From: an uncultured bacterium
GTDB taxonomy: Bacteria > Patescibacteriota > Minisyncoccia > Phycocordibacterales > GWA1-40-21
NCBI GenBank assembly: GCA_903832855.1
Contig: CAILDB010000012.1
Coordinates: forward strand, 4,368-68,367
DNA: 64,000 bases
Reading direction: 5' to 3'
Positions 29,460 through 40,582 of the stretch are shown in pieces (the stretch's first letter is position 1; each line of letters begins with the position of its first letter). The notes beneath the pieces are model-generated. The model worked only from the letters and a program-made list of their open reading frames with translations, made no database searches and was not told the DNA's origin. Made by a program: the position numbers and the translations under genes.

Positions 29460-31184
29460 ATGTCCTCATCCGTAGAAAAAATAAAAGAAAGATTGAGCAT
29501 TGTGGATGTTGTTGGCTCGTATGTAAAGCTAGATAGAGCCGGTAGCAACCTCAAAGCAAAGTGTCCTTTTCATAATGAAAAGACACCGTCTTTTTTCGTG
29601 TCTCCGGAGAGGGGAACTTATTATTGTTTTGGATGTGGAGTTAAAGGCGATATTTTCAGTTTTGTGGAGGAGTTTGAAGGAATTGATTTTATGGGTGCGC
29701 TAAAACTTCTTGCGGAAAAAGCTGGAATTGAACTTGAAAAATATGAGCCGGGGAAAATAGAAAAAAAAGACCGACTTTATAAACTTTTGGAAGAATCAAC
29801 CAATTATTTTGTTGAATGCCTAAAAAAAGAAACAATACCGAAAGAATATCTTAAGAAGAGGGGACTGACAGAGAAAACAATTATAGATTGGAAAATTGGT
29901 TATGCAAATGATGAATGGCATACTGTTTCCGAATATTTGAAAAAGAAAGGATTTACAGATGAAGAAATGGAAAGAGCCGGACTCATCAAAAAAGGCGACA
30001 AGGGTTTTTATGATAGATTTCGAGGTAGAATAATGTTCCCGATTTTCGATACTGCTGGTAGAATTATTGCTTATTCTGGTAGAACTTTATCAAAGGATGA
30101 AAATACTCCGAAATATTTGAACAGTCCGGAGACGCCACTTTTCAACAAATCAAAAACTCTTTATGGATTTCATATTGCAAAGCAAGCGATAAGAAAATTT
30201 GACTACGCAGTGCTTGTGGAGGGACAAATGGATTTACTAATGTGTCAGCAAGTCGGTTTTACAAATACAGTTGCATCTTCAGGAACGGCACTCACACCAG
30301 ACCATTTGGAAATTATAAAAAGAATGTCAAACAGAGTCATAATGGCTTTTGATTCTGATAGCGCTGGCGCAAAAGCAGCGGAGAGAGCTTGGATGATAGC
30401 TGTCGCATCGCAGATGGAAGTGAAGGTTGCACAAATTCCGGATGGATTTGATCCAGCCGATTTAATCTTGAAAGACAAGGAAGCTTGGAAAGTTGTTTTG
30501 AAAAATGCTTTGCATATTGTTGATTTTCTTTTAAACAGAATTCTAGCTGAAAAACCGGATGACAGGAAACTTGGGATTTTGGTTCGTGAAAAAGTTCTTC
30601 CTTACATATCTCTGATAGATAGCAGTATAGAAAAATCTCAACATATTGCAAAGATAAGTGATAAAACTGGAATTAAGGAAGACGCACTTTGGGAAGATTT
30701 GAAGAAAATAAAGGTTATTATTTCGACAGAAGATGGCACAAAAAGTACAGGACAAGAGTCAATAAAAGAGTATAATAAGATAATTAGAGCGAACTCTCTG
30801 GAGAGGAGAGTACTCGGTATGGTTTTGTGGACAGAAAATACGGCTTCAAAAAAGGATATTTTGGAGTTTTTTAAAGGAGAAGTCAAAAAGTATCTTGACG
30901 AAAAGTTTTTAGAAAAAACGAAAGCAATAGATGAAAATTTGAAAAGTGAATTAATTTTTGAAGCAGAAAGTTATTATTTAGGATTTGATAATGAACGGCT
31001 CAAGGCAGATTTTATGGAGCTTGTGAGAGGAATTAAAGAAGAAGAATATAAAAAAGAACTCTCAGAAATAATTTTAGAAATAAAAAATACAGAAAAGACA
31101 GGCGATAGAGACAAGCAAATGATACTGGCAAAAAGATTCAATGATGTCTCAAAAATGCTTAATAATTTAAAAACAAATAAATAA
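29460..31184 (+). CDS. dnaG: DNA primase
   Basis: CPFH..CFGC zinc domain, [23 protein letters not shown], DxD. Confidence 0.98.
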   Translation: MSSSVEKIKERLSIVDVVGSYVKLDRAGSNLKAKCPFHNEKTPSFFVSPERGTYYCFGCGVKGDIFSFVEEFEGIDFMGALKLLAEKAGIELEKYEPGKIEKKDRLYKLLEESTNYFVECLKKETIPKEYLKKRGLTEKTIIDWKIGYANDEWHTVSEYLKKKGFTDEEMERAGLIKKGDKGFYDRFRGRIMFPIFDTAGRIIAYSGRTLSKDENTPKYLNSPETPLFNKSKTLYGFHIAKQAIRKFDYAVLVEGQMDLLMCQQVGFTNTVASSGTALTPDHLEIIKRMSNRVIMAFDSDSAGAKAAERAWMIAVASQMEVKVAQIPDGFDPADLILKDKEAWKVVLKNALHIVDFLLNRILAEKPDDRKLGILVREKVLPYISLIDSSIEKSQHIAKISDKTGIKEDALWEDLKKIKVIISTEDGTKSTGQESIKEYNKIIRANSLERRVLGMVLWTENTASKKDILEFFKGEVKKYLDEKFLEKTKAIDENLKSELIFEAESYYLGFDNERLKADFMELVRGIKEEEYKKELSEIILEIKNTEKTGDRDKQMILAKRFNDVSKMLNNLKTNK

Positions 31185-31185
31185 T

Positions 31186-32397
31186 ATGAAAAAGAAAAAA
31201 GCAAACAAGAAGACAAAGGTCAACAAAGCAAAAAAGATAAAGAAAGTTAAAAAAACTTTCAAAAAGAAGATTAATGCAAAAAAAGTTGTAAAGAAAAAAA
31301 CTGCAAAACTTTCTGTAAAGAAAAAAGAAATGGAAGTGAAGGCAGATAAATTACTTTCAAAAGGTAAAGATAGAGGATATGTGACCTACGATGAAATTTT
31401 ACATGAATTTCCGAAAATAGAAGAGGATGTAATTTTTCTTGAGGAATTATATGCAAAATTAAGTTCAGCCGGTATAGATATTCTTGAAGGAGGAGGAATG
31501 CTTGAATTTGAAAGTGAAATTGCAAATAATAAAAAAGTTTATGGAGGTAAAAATGCCGACCCATCATACGATTCAATTCAAATTTATTTGAAAGAAATAG
31601 GACAGTATCCTCTCATCAGTGCTTCAATGGAAAAAGATTTGGCGAGAAAAATCCAAGTTGGAGATGAAGAAGCAAAAAACCTCCTCGCAAAAGCAAACTT
31701 GAGACTTGTCGTTTCTATTGCAAAAAAATATGTAGGAAGAAGTGCCGACCTCACACTCCTCGATTTAATTCAGGAAGGAAACCTCGGTTTATTTAAGGCC
31801 GTGGAAAAATTTGACTGGACAAAGGGTTACAAATTTTCAACATATGCAACTTGGTGGATCCGTCAGGCAATTACTCGTGCCCTTGCTGATCAATCTAGAA
31901 CTATTCGTGTGCCAGTGCATATGGTGGAAACGATTGCAAAATACAAGCAGGTTTACAGAAGACTTTCACAAGACCTTGGCAGAGAGCCAATGCCGGATGA
32001 AATCGCAACCGAAATGGGGATTGAGGTTGAAAAAGTTTACATAATTGAAAAGATTGATCAGGATACTGTGTCATTGGAAACTCCTGTGGGAGATGATAGT
32101 GATGATGGTAAATCTACACTCGGAGACTTTGTAGCAGATGACAAAATCCTTTCGCCAGATCAGGATTCATCTAGGAGAATTTTGAGTGATCAGGTCAAAG
32201 AAATTCTTGGAGACCTTTCGCTTAAAGAAAGAAAAATTTTGGAAATGAGACATGGGCTTGTGGATGGTATTACCCATACACTTGAAGAAGTTGGAACAGA
32301 GTTTGGTGTTACTCGAGAAAGAATTCGTCAGATTGAGGCAAAAGCTCATGAAAAAATTCGAGTTCATGAAAAAATAAATAGATTACAAAGCTATTAG
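31186..32397 (+). CDS. rpoD: RNA polymerase primary sigma factor
   Basis: [40 protein letters not shown], downstream of dnaG. Confidence 0.97.
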   Translation: MKKKKANKKTKVNKAKKIKKVKKTFKKKINAKKVVKKKTAKLSVKKKEMEVKADKLLSKGKDRGYVTYDEILHEFPKIEEDVIFLEELYAKLSSAGIDILEGGGMLEFESEIANNKKVYGGKNADPSYDSIQIYLKEIGQYPLISASMEKDLARKIQVGDEEAKNLLAKANLRLVVSIAKKYVGRSADLTLLDLIQEGNLGLFKAVEKFDWTKGYKFSTYATWWIRQAITRALADQSRTIRVPVHMVETIAKYKQVYRRLSQDLGREPMPDEIATEMGIEVEKVYIIEKIDQDTVSLETPVGDDSDDGKSTLGDFVADDKILSPDQDSSRRILSDQVKEILGDLSLKERKILEMRHGLVDGITHTLEEVGTEFGVTRERIRQIEAKAHEKIRVHEKINRLQSY

Positions 32398-32469
32398 CTA
32401 TTTTCGTCAAGATAGTGTATAGTAAGAGTATTAGTTTAATAGAAGATTTAATTCATCTTAAAAAATAAA

Positions 32470-32916
32470 ATGGGAAAATTTAATAGAGATGGTGATAGAG
32501 GAGGATATGGCGGTAATCGTGGAGGGGGATCGAGATTTGGCGACAGAGACAGAAGGGATGTCGTGATGTCTGACGCCGTCTGCGCTGAATGTCACAAAAA
32601 TTGTCAGGTTCCTTTCAAGCCAAGTAATGACAAACCGGTTTATTGTAAAGATTGTTTTAGTAAAAGAGGTGGCGGTCCTTCAAGACCAAGTTTTGGTGAT
32701 TCTCCTAGAAGAGATTTTACGCCAAGACAACAGAGTGCACCTAGCTTTGTAGCAAGCAAAAGTGATGATGGCACCAAAAAATTACTCGAGACAATAAATG
32801 TAAAATTAGATAGTTTGATAAAAGCAATTGAGAACTCATCTAAGCCAGTCGTAAAGGCAACAGTAAAAGCTCCGAAAGCAAAGGTCGCAGTTAAAAAGAA
32901 ATCTACCAAAAAATAA
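32470..32916 (+). CDS. CxxC-x17-CxxC zinc-binding domain protein with RG-rich regions
   Basis: CAEC...VPFKP..KPVYCKDC. Confidence 0.85.
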   Translation: MGKFNRDGDRGGYGGNRGGGSRFGDRDRRDVVMSDAVCAECHKNCQVPFKPSNDKPVYCKDCFSKRGGGPSRPSFGDSPRRDFTPRQQSAPSFVASKSDDGTKKLLETINVKLDSLIKAIENSSKPVVKATVKAPKAKVAVKKKSTKK

Positions 32917-32917
32917 A

Positions 32918-33034
32918 ATGGCAAAAAGAATGAGTGTAAATAAGAAAGTTCCGCATACTCACAAGACCAAAAAAAGATTAGCAATAAAATACGCAAGGTT
33001 GGCATTAAAAAGAGCAAAAAAAGGAAGAAAATAG
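32918..33034 (+). CDS. Small, very basic protein (38 aa)
   Basis: MAKRMSVNKKVPHTHKTKKRLAIKYARLALKRAKKGRK. Starts 1 nt after the upstream stop and is followed by a hairpin. Confidence 0.55.
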   Translation: MAKRMSVNKKVPHTHKTKKRLAIKYARLALKRAKKGRK

Positions 33035-33038
33035 AAGA

Positions 33039-33080
33039 AATCAAATGCCCCGCGAATGAGAATTCGCGGGGCATTTGATT
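33039..33080. terminator. Long hairpin, probable intrinsic terminator
   Basis: AATCAAATGCCCCGCGAAT-GAGA-ATTCGCGGGGCATTTGATT. Confidence 0.7.
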
Positions 33081-33104
33081 TGTGATATATGTTATAATTT
33101 ACTT

Positions 33105-36100
33105 ATGAATTTTGAGGAAAGGTATAAAGCATTAAACAGCGAGCAGAAGATGGCAGTGGATAAAATAGACGGACCACTTCTTGTCGTGGCTGGACCAGGT
33201 TCCGGAAAAACAGAGATTTTGAGTTTGAGAGTTGGAAAAATTTTGAAGGATACTGATACTCGTGCATCAAATATTTTGTGTTTAACTTTTACAGAATCGG
33301 CAACTTTGAATATGCGAAAGCGTCTCGCGTCACTTATTGGTTCTGAAGCATACCGAGTAGCTATTCATACTTTTCATAATTTTTGCGTGGATGTAATACA
33401 AAAATATCCGCAATATTTTTATAGCGGGGCTTTTTTCTCGTCTGCTGACCCACTCACGCAGGTGCAAATTATGGAAGAGATTTTTGAAAATTTGTCGCAC
33501 AATCATCTTCTTAGTTCGTATCACCCAGAGCAGGGCTTTGTGTATTTAAAAAGCACTTTGGATATCATTGGGTATTTGAAAAAGGCTGGTCTTACGCCGG
33601 ATGAGTTTAAAGCGATTTTGGGGCACAATAAAAAATCTTTGGATGAGATAAATAAAATTTTGATGCCTATTTTTTCTGAAAGAATGGGGAAGGAAAGTGT
33701 TTTAAAAATAGCTGGAGCTTGTGAAAAAATAAAAGTTCTAGCAGAAAAGTCGCAGACTGATTTTCCGACAACATATTTTAATTCACTTTATTTTTCTGTC
33801 GCAGAATCTTTGAAAAAGGCACTTGATGAAGCCGAAGATTCCGGTAAAGCGACGCCACTTTCTGCTTGGAAACAAAAATGGATGAAAAAAGATGACGAAG
33901 ATAGAAGTATTTTTAAGGACACCGTAAACATAGAAAAAATGCTTTGTGTGGCTGATATTTACGCAAAATATAGGAAGACGATGCATGAAAAAGGTTACTA
34001 TGATTTTGACGATATGATCCTAGATGTTCTGAAAGCATTTGAAGAAAATCCAAGTTTACGATATGAAATTCAAGAGCAATATCAATACGTTTTGGTGGAT
34101 GAATTTCAAGATACAAATGAAGCTCAAATGCGACTTCTTCGACTTATTTCTGATGCTCCAGTAAATGAAGGCAGACCAAACATAATGGCTGTGGGAGATG
34201 ATGACCAAGCTGTTTACAAATTTCAGGGCGCAGAGCTTTCGAACATTCTAAATTTTAAGAAGATTTTTAAAGATGTGCAGGTTGTGGCGATGACAAAAAA
34301 TTATCGTTCTACACAAGATATTTTGGACATTGCATCACATATTATTCGAAAAGGGGAGGAAAGACTTGAAAAACTTTTGCCTGAAATTGAGAAAAATTTA
34401 ATTGCATCAAATAAAGATATTAAACAGGGGAATATTGTTCGCAAAGAATTTAAAACCGTTGCCCACGAATATCATTTCATCTCTCGTGAAATAAAAAAGA
34501 AGATAGACGCGGGTGAAAAGCCGGAGGAGATTGCCGTGATTGCTAGGAAACACAGACAGCTTGAAGCTCTTGTGCCGTATTTGCGTGGGGTTGGCGTGCC
34601 AATAAGATACGAGAGGGAACAGAATGTTTTTAAGGAACCTCATATTGCACAACTTATTATTATTGCCAGATTTATTTCTTCTCTTGCAGATAAAAATAAA
34701 GACGAAGCGGATGAGTTTATGCCACAGATTTTGAGTTTTCCTTTCTGGAACTTGAATAGGGAAGACGTCTGGAAGATTTCACTTGAGGCTAGAAAAAATT
34801 ATCCGGAAAAAACTTGGCTTGAGGTAATGCTCGCACACAAGAATGAAAAAATAAAAAAGATTGCAGAGTTTTTGATTGATTTGGGGGTGAGAGCGCAGTC
34901 TGAGCCACTTGAGCTTATTCTTGATGAGATTATTGGTGCACATTTGCTACTTGTGGAGGAGAATGAAGATGATGATGAGGACGAATTTTTTGCGGCAAAA
35001 AATTCGTCCGTCTCTCCCGCAAAATTTGAATCACCTTTCCGTGAATTTTATTTCAACAAAGAAAAATTTAATCACGCCCGCGCAGAATATTTGTCTTTTC
35101 TTTCAAGTTTGCGTGTCTTTGTCGGTGCGCTCCGAGAATACAAAAGTGGAGAAATTCTTTCTATCAAAGACCTCGTAGAATTTGTAGATTTGCACGAGCA
35201 AAATGACATTTCTCTCAACGATTCTAGTCCATTTGCAAAGCTTGATAATGCCGTCAATTTACTGACCGCCCACAAGGCCAAAGGGCTCGAATTTGAGTCT
35301 GTCTTTGTCCTATCATGTCAGGATGATATTTGGGCTCGTGGGGGCGCATCTAGCAGGCTTGTATTGCCTGCAAACCTGCCAATTGAACCTGCTGGAGACA
35401 CTCAAGATGACCAATTACGCCTATTTTATGTTGCCCTAACTCGTGCAAAAAGGCACCTTTATATCACTTCATATCTCACAGAAGAAGGTGGAAAAGAAGC
35501 TGAAATGCTAAGATTTTTGATTGCCGAAAGTGGGGAAGAAGAAGTGATGAAAAAAGAAGTCTTGAAAAAGATTTATTTCGAAAGTGAAAGTGTAGATGAT
35601 GAAGTTGTGCCAGATGCTCACGAAGTTCTTACTGCGTCTTGGCTTCAATATCACACACCACCTTTTGTCGGCTCTGAAGAAAAACTTTTGAAATCTCTGC
35701 TTACCGATTATCAAATGCCCGTGACACACTTGAATAATTTTCTTGATGTGGAAAAGGGCGGCCCGCAATATTTTCTTGAACAAAATCTTTTGCGTTTTCC
35801 TCAAGCCAAAAATACTAGTAGTTCATACGGCTCGGCTATTCATCACACTTTGGAAAAAGTATCTTTGTTTCTGAAAAAAGAAGGTGAGATGTCAAAAATA
35901 CCAGAAGTTTTATCTTGGTTTAAATATTTCCTCATAAAAGAAAGAATGTCACCAAAAGATTTTGAAAAATATTTGGAAAAAGGACAGGACGATCTAGGTA
36001 GATTTTTGGAAAATAAAAATGATAGGTTTAGTCCAAAAGATATCGTCGAATTTAATTTTAAAGAACAAGGTGTGAAAATAGGCGACGCACATCTGACTGG

Positions 36101-36506
36101 AAAAATAGACAGAATTATTGATGAAGATGGAGAATACAAAGTCTGCGATTACAAGACTGGCAAACCACTTTTATCTTGGACTAGCGGAACGGATTATGAA
36201 AAGACAAAGGCTATGAAATACGAAAGACAACTAGCTTATTACAAACTTCTTTTAGAAAATTCACGAGAGTTTGCCGGAAAAGGAAAAGTGAAAACAGGTG
36301 TTCTAGAATTTATTGAACCAAAAAACAGCAAAATTCTTGACCTCAATTTAATTCTTGATGATGAAAAAGTAGAAAATTTGAAAAAGCTTATTGAAGTGGT
36401 TTACAATAAAATTATTAATCTAGATTTCCCGGATGTTACCAAATATTCTAAAGACACAAAAGGCATTAAGCAATTTGAAGAGGACTTGATAGAGGAAAAA
36501 GTCTAG
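33105..36506 (+). CDS. UvrD/AddA-like SF1 helicase with C-terminal PD-(D/E)xK nuclease
   Basis: AGPGSGKT, VDEFQD, VGDDDQ, NYRS, H-KAKGLEF, YVALTRA, GKIDRI..DYKTG. Confidence 0.92.
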   Translation: MNFEERYKALNSEQKMAVDKIDGPLLVVAGPGSGKTEILSLRVGKILKDTDTRASNILCLTFTESATLNMRKRLASLIGSEAYRVAIHTFHNFCVDVIQKYPQYFYSGAFFSSADPLTQVQIMEEIFENLSHNHLLSSYHPEQGFVYLKSTLDIIGYLKKAGLTPDEFKAILGHNKKSLDEINKILMPIFSERMGKESVLKIAGACEKIKVLAEKSQTDFPTTYFNSLYFSVAESLKKALDEAEDSGKATPLSAWKQKWMKKDDEDRSIFKDTVNIEKMLCVADIYAKYRKTMHEKGYYDFDDMILDVLKAFEENPSLRYEIQEQYQYVLVDEFQDTNEAQMRLLRLISDAPVNEGRPNIMAVGDDDQAVYKFQGAELSNILNFKKIFKDVQVVAMTKNYRSTQDILDIASHIIRKGEERLEKLLPEIEKNLIASNKDIKQGNIVRKEFKTVAHEYHFISREIKKKIDAGEKPEEIAVIARKHRQLEALVPYLRGVGVPIRYEREQNVFKEPHIAQLIIIARFISSLADKNKDEADEFMPQILSFPFWNLNREDVWKISLEARKNYPEKTWLEVMLAHKNEKIKKIAEFLIDLGVRAQSEPLELILDEIIGAHLLLVEENEDDDEDEFFAAKNSSVSPAKFESPFREFYFNKEKFNHARAEYLSFLSSLRVFVGALREYKSGEILSIKDLVEFVDLHEQNDISLNDSSPFAKLDNAVNLLTAHKAKGLEFESVFVLSCQDDIWARGGASSRLVLPANLPIEPAGDTQDDQLRLFYVALTRAKRHLYITSYLTEEGGKEAEMLRFLIAESGEEEVMKKEVLKKIYFESESVDDEVVPDAHEVLTASWLQYHTPPFVGSEEKLLKSLLTDYQMPVTHLNNFLDVEKGGPQYFLEQNLLRFPQAKNTSSSYGSAIHHTLEKVSLFLKKEGEMSKIPEVLSWFKYFLIKERMSPKDFEKYLEKGQDDLGRFLENKNDRFSPKDIVEFNFKEQGVKIGDAHLTGKIDRIIDEDGEYKVCDYKTGKPLLSWTSGTDYEKTKAMKYERQLAYYKLLLENSREFAGKGKVKTGVLEFIEPKNSKILDLNLILDDEKVENLKKLIEVVYNKIINLDFPDVTKYSKDTKGIKQFEEDLIEEKV

Positions 36507-36509
36507 TTA

Positions 36510-37268
36510 TTATTTTAATATAATATCAACGAGGATTTTGAATGCATCATATGGGTATGCTCCGCCAAAACTGATGTGTTTGTTGTCGGCACTTATTGTC
36601 ATATTTGTTCCAAAGTTTGTTACAATGTTTGTAATTTTTTCTTCGGTGAGTGCAGTTTTCAAAATCAACTCTAAATGTGGAGTGCTCAATTGTCCACCAG
36701 TAACTTTCAAAGCATCTGCCAAGTTCTGATCAACAATTGACTTCGTTGCATTTGTGGAAAGGCAGGTGTTGAACTTTGTGACATCGAGCTTGAAAGAGGA
36801 AGCAATTTTTGGAAGTTCTGCTAAGTCGAGCCCATTGTTTCCTGGAGTGATTGTGTAGATTTGATCTAGGAATTTCCAGAACATATCGTTACCGCCCTGA
36901 AGATTTGCACATTCTGTTGCTTCAGCCTCTTTTGGTGCTTTTGAATGAAGTCCAACAATCGGAGAATGTCTGAAAACCCAAGCGACTTGGCCTGACTTTC
37001 CGTAGTTACTCATTATTTGTGTCATTACTGTGTGGAACATTTTGCAAGGAGGGCATTCTGTATCACCATATTCTACAACGACAATATTTGCTTGAGGGTT
37101 GCCTTGAATATGATCTTTTTCATTTACGGGCGTTACGACGGAAACTTTTGGTGCAGTATTTTTTACTGTTGTTGGCTCGCTTGTCTTAATTTCTTTTGTA
37201 ATAAAGATTACTCCGGCGATAAGAACTCCTGCTATGACTATTGCGATTTGTGTTAAATATTTATTCAT
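36510..37268 (-). CDS. DsbA-family thioredoxin-fold protein
   Basis: N-terminal TM helix, D-x-ECPPC, TP cis-Pro loop. Confidence 0.88.
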   Translation of the reverse strand: MNKYLTQIAIVIAGVLIAGVIFITKEIKTSEPTTVKNTAPKVSVVTPVNEKDHIQGNPQANIVVVEYGDTECPPCKMFHTVMTQIMSNYGKSGQVAWVFRHSPIVGLHSKAPKEAEATECANLQGGNDMFWKFLDQIYTITPGNNGLDLAELPKIASSFKLDVTKFNTCLSTNATKSIVDQNLADALKVTGGQLSTPHLELILKTALTEEKITNIVTNFGTNMTISADNKHISFGGAYPYDAFKILVDIILK

Positions 37269-37335
37269 TTTTTTAGCTTAATATTAATAATGAAGTCATT
37301 TTAACATATCACAAAAAAAATGCTACAATGTAAAA

Positions 37336-38190
37336 ATGTTAGATTTAATTATTTTAGGATTTACGGAGGGAATCACTGAGTTTTTGCCTATTTCATCTTC
37401 TGGACATTTGATATTGATTAGAGATATTTTTGGGATGAAGACAGGTTTTGATTTGTCTTTTGACGCGGTTTTGCAACTTGCTACTGGGCTTGCTCTCGTA
37501 GTATATTTTTGGAAAGATATTTGGAATCTGATCGTCACTTTTTTTTCACTTCTGTCATCCCGGCGCAGGCCGGGATCCATCTCTGACCCGATGGATTCCG
37601 TTCTACAACGGAATGACAATCGGGAACAAGATGACAGAAAAAGAAATTGGATTTTGATTTGGGCAATCATCCTCGGCACAATTCCCGCTGTCATCGGCGG
37701 ACTTCTTTTACAGAAACAAATGGATACGGTTTTTAGAAATTTACACCTTGTCGCTTATGTTCTCATTGCCGGAAGTATCGTAATGTATCTTGCAGAATGG
37801 TTTTCAAAACAAAATAAAGAACTCACTGTCGGTAAAGGATTTATCGTCGGACTTTTTCAGTGTCTCGCACTTCTCCCCGGATTTTCTCGCTCTGGCGCAA
37901 CCATTTCCGGTGGACTTTTCATGGGCTTCAATAGGGAACAGGCAGCGCGATTTTCCTTTTTGCTTTCAATACCAATTATCGTTGGCTCAGGTCTCTTAAA
38001 ACTTTTTGAGCTCATTCATAGCCACGAACTCGGAGGTCTTGGCCTTCCGCTTCTTGTCGGTTCGCTCGTTGCTTTTTTGTCAGGGCTTCTTGTCGTTCAT
38101 TATCTCCTCAAATTCCTCAAAAATCACAAATTAAATATTTTTGCATACTATCGCGTGATTTTGGCGCTCATAATTTTGGCCTTTTTGTAA
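37336..38190 (+). CDS. uppP: Undecaprenyl-diphosphate phosphatase
   Basis: EGITEFLPISSSGH, PGFSRSGATI, FSFLLSIP. Confidence 0.95.
   Translation: MLDLIILGFTEGITEFLPISSSGHLILIRDIFGMKTGFDLSFDAVLQLATGLALVVYFWKDIWNLIVTFFSLLSSRRRPGSISDPMDSVLQRNDNREQDDRKRNWILIWAIILGTIPAVIGGLLLQKQMDTVFRNLHLVAYVLIAGSIVMYLAEWFSKQNKELTVGKGFIVGLFQCLALLPGFSRSGATISGGLFMGFNREQAARFSFLLSIPIIVGSGLLKLFELIHSHELGGLGLPLLVGSLVAFLSGLLVVHYLLKFLKNHKLNIFAYYRVILALIILAFL
37553..37618. repeat. Inverted REP doublet inside uppP
   Basis: TGTCATCCCGGCGCAGGCCGGGATCCATC ... GATGGATTCCGTTCTACAACGGAATGACA. Confidence 0.85.
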
Positions 38191-38345
38191 AATAAACTTA
38201 AAAATACAACTATTTTAGTGATCAGTTTGACAAAATGGAAAATCATTGACTTTTTTATTTAGAGGTGCTATACTTGTAGGCAGAGGAATCAGATTGTAGA
38301 AGTTTAAAGACTTCATCTGGTTCTAAACAAGATAAGGAGGGTAAG

Positions 38346-38495
38346 ATGTTTATCTATGTTCACGAAGTACCTTACGGAGTTTCAGGGTATCGGACAAAGT
38401 CAGATATGGCGATCCTATCACGTGGTAAGCCGGTGCTTCTCGTTGTTGTACTCGGGTTTTTGGTGGTTGTTTGCACAATCGGATTGCTACTCTAG
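38346..38495 (+). CDS. Small membrane protein (49 aa)
   Basis: GGAGG RBS, upstream TTGACT-17-TATACT promoter, C-terminal TM helix, downstream hairpin and T-run. Confidence 0.5.
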   Translation: MFIYVHEVPYGVSGYRTKSDMAILSRGKPVLLVVVLGFLVVVCTIGLLL

Positions 38496-38572
38496 ACCGA
38501 GTGAGCAATAATACCGCTCGTCACGAGCTGAGGAACCGTCCTCTCGCTTTCAGTGAAAGGGCGGTTTTTCTT

Positions 38573-39154
38573 TTACCCAAACAAAGTATGGGTGATGACA
38601 GACTCATTTTTCTTTTCCCAGTTTGATGTGTCAATTTTCAAATCTCTTATTGTTCCACCGTCTCGGTCTTTGTATTTCAAAATGCCGTTTTTGAGAGCAT
38701 ATTCATAGACTTCTTTTGTAATTTTGACATCTTCCATACAATATTTAATCACTTTTTCGTACTCGCCGTTTTTCCACCAAATAGTGGCTTCTATACCGTG
38801 CCCAATTTTATTTTTGCCAAGTGTGGCCTCTGCGACATTATCCAATTTAATTCTTCTGCCTAAAGAGATTTTAATATCTTTCATAATATCTACACTTTTT
38901 ATTTTTGTTAAATCTCCAGAATAATATTTTCCAAGAAGTGGAATATCAAAATGGTCGCTATTGTAGCCAATGAGAACATCAGCTTTTTCTAAAATTGGCC
39001 AAAGGTCTTTTAGTTGATCTTTTTTAAAACTAGAATATTTGTCTGTCTCATAATCATAGATACAACACACCGACATATCAAGGTCCCTTGCATCATTACT
39101 CGCAACTTCATCAAAAATATTACTTGTTTCCAAGTCAAAAACAATTTTTTTCAT
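38573..39154 (-). CDS. RNase H-like DEDD 3'-5' exonuclease domain protein
   Basis: VFDLET, GYNSDHFD, YC-x-x-DV. Confidence 0.85.
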   Translation of the reverse strand: MKKIVFDLETSNIFDEVASNDARDLDMSVCCIYDYETDKYSSFKKDQLKDLWPILEKADVLIGYNSDHFDIPLLGKYYSGDLTKIKSVDIMKDIKISLGRRIKLDNVAEATLGKNKIGHGIEATIWWKNGEYEKVIKYCMEDVKITKEVYEYALKNGILKYKDRDGGTIRDLKIDTSNWEKKNESVITHTLFG

Positions 39155-39164
39155 AGATTATCCG

Positions 39165-39208
39165 TTGCCAAGGTCGGACCTTGGTATTAGGTATTGTGTG
39201 TTATAATA
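39165..39208. repeat. CAAGGTCnGACCTTG palindromic repeat (intergenic copy)
   Basis: Matches the copy in rnr at 8484..8527. Confidence 0.75.
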
Positions 39209-40502
39209 ATTTTGAGATTTCATTTATTTCTGAATCAGAAAATTCTGTTTGTTCACCTGTCGTTAGATTTTTTACCTTAAATTTCCCACTTGTGACTTCT
39301 TCATCGCCGATGCAAATGATAAATGGAATTTTGTTTTTATCGGCATATTTGATTTGGTCACCTACTTTTCGAAAGGAAAAATCGACAGAAGTTCTGACTT
39401 TTTTCTCTCGCAGAAGTTGTGCTAAATCTTGTGCAAAACCGATTGAATTTTCGTTCATTACACAAATATAAATATCTGCCGGAGCAGGGAACTTCGGCAT
39501 TAAACCATATGTCTCCAAAATATCTCTAATAATTACATCTCCAGCACCAAATCCAAAAGCTGGAACTTTTTCTTTGTCAAAAATATCAAGCAAATCATCA
39601 TATCTTCCGCCTCCAAAAACAGAGCGTCTGTTGTCAGGATTCGTATCATAAACCTCAAAGACAATTCCTGTGTAATAGTCAAAACCACGCATTAAGTTTT
39701 GGCTAAACACTGCATTTGTAATTCCGACTTCCTCAAGTCTAGAAATAAGTTTTTTAATTTCTTTGATACCTTCGTTTTCGCTTGCAGTTTGTGGTAGGCG
39801 AGAGACGAATTCCTCAAAATTCTTTGAACTGATAAGTGTCAAAAATTCAGAACTTCTTTCGGCAATCGTTTCTCTGATTGCTTCCTCAAAAGCACCATCC
39901 TTTAATTTGTCTTTTTTATCTATAAGTTTGGAAACCTTTTCTGCCGTCTCATCATCTAGAGCAAAAATATCATTTAAAATATAATTTATTATTTTTCGGC
40001 TATTTATTCTGATTTCAAAATTTTCATCTTTCAAACCGAAGTTTTTCAAAACCTGTGAAGCAATAGAAATAACCTCCACTTCTGCTTCAATGGATTTTAC
40101 ACCAAAAATATCTACATTTAATTGCCAATGTTCGCGCATTCTGCCTCTCTGCGGATTTTCATATCGGAAAAGATTTGGAATTGAATACCATCGCAAAGGC
40201 ATTGAAAACTCTTTCAATTTTCCTGCAATCATTCTTGCAACAGTCGGCGTCATTTCTGGTCGCAAAGAAACTTCTCGGTCGCCTTTGTCTTTGAATGTGT
40301 ATGTTTGCTCATTTACAATTTCTTCACCTGACTTTGCTTTGTAAAGGTCTGATGGTTCCAAAACAGATGCTCCATATTCAGAATAACCGAAACTTTCAAC
40401 TGTTTCTTTCATCACCTTAAATATATAATTTTGTACAGCCATATCCGCAGGATAAAAATCCCTCACGCCCTTGTATGCCTCCGTACTTACTTTTTTTGTC
40501 AT
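39201..40502 (-). CDS. hisS: Histidine--tRNA ligase
   Basis: LRPEMT, FRYENPQRGR, RGFDYYTG, GGGRYD. Confidence 0.97.
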   Translation of the reverse strand: MTKKVSTEAYKGVRDFYPADMAVQNYIFKVMKETVESFGYSEYGASVLEPSDLYKAKSGEEIVNEQTYTFKDKGDREVSLRPEMTPTVARMIAGKLKEFSMPLRWYSIPNLFRYENPQRGRMREHWQLNVDIFGVKSIEAEVEVISIASQVLKNFGLKDENFEIRINSRKIINYILNDIFALDDETAEKVSKLIDKKDKLKDGAFEEAIRETIAERSSEFLTLISSKNFEEFVSRLPQTASENEGIKEIKKLISRLEEVGITNAVFSQNLMRGFDYYTGIVFEVYDTNPDNRRSVFGGGRYDDLLDIFDKEKVPAFGFGAGDVIIRDILETYGLMPKFPAPADIYICVMNENSIGFAQDLAQLLREKKVRTSVDFSFRKVGDQIKYADKNKIPFIICIGDEEVTSGKFKVKNLTTGEQTEFSDSEINEISKLL

Positions 40503-40582
40503 ATATGTATATTCTATACAAAAGAGAGTATTTCTACAAGGGGCAGCTTTACATTTAATCCTGAATACGATAATATATCAAT

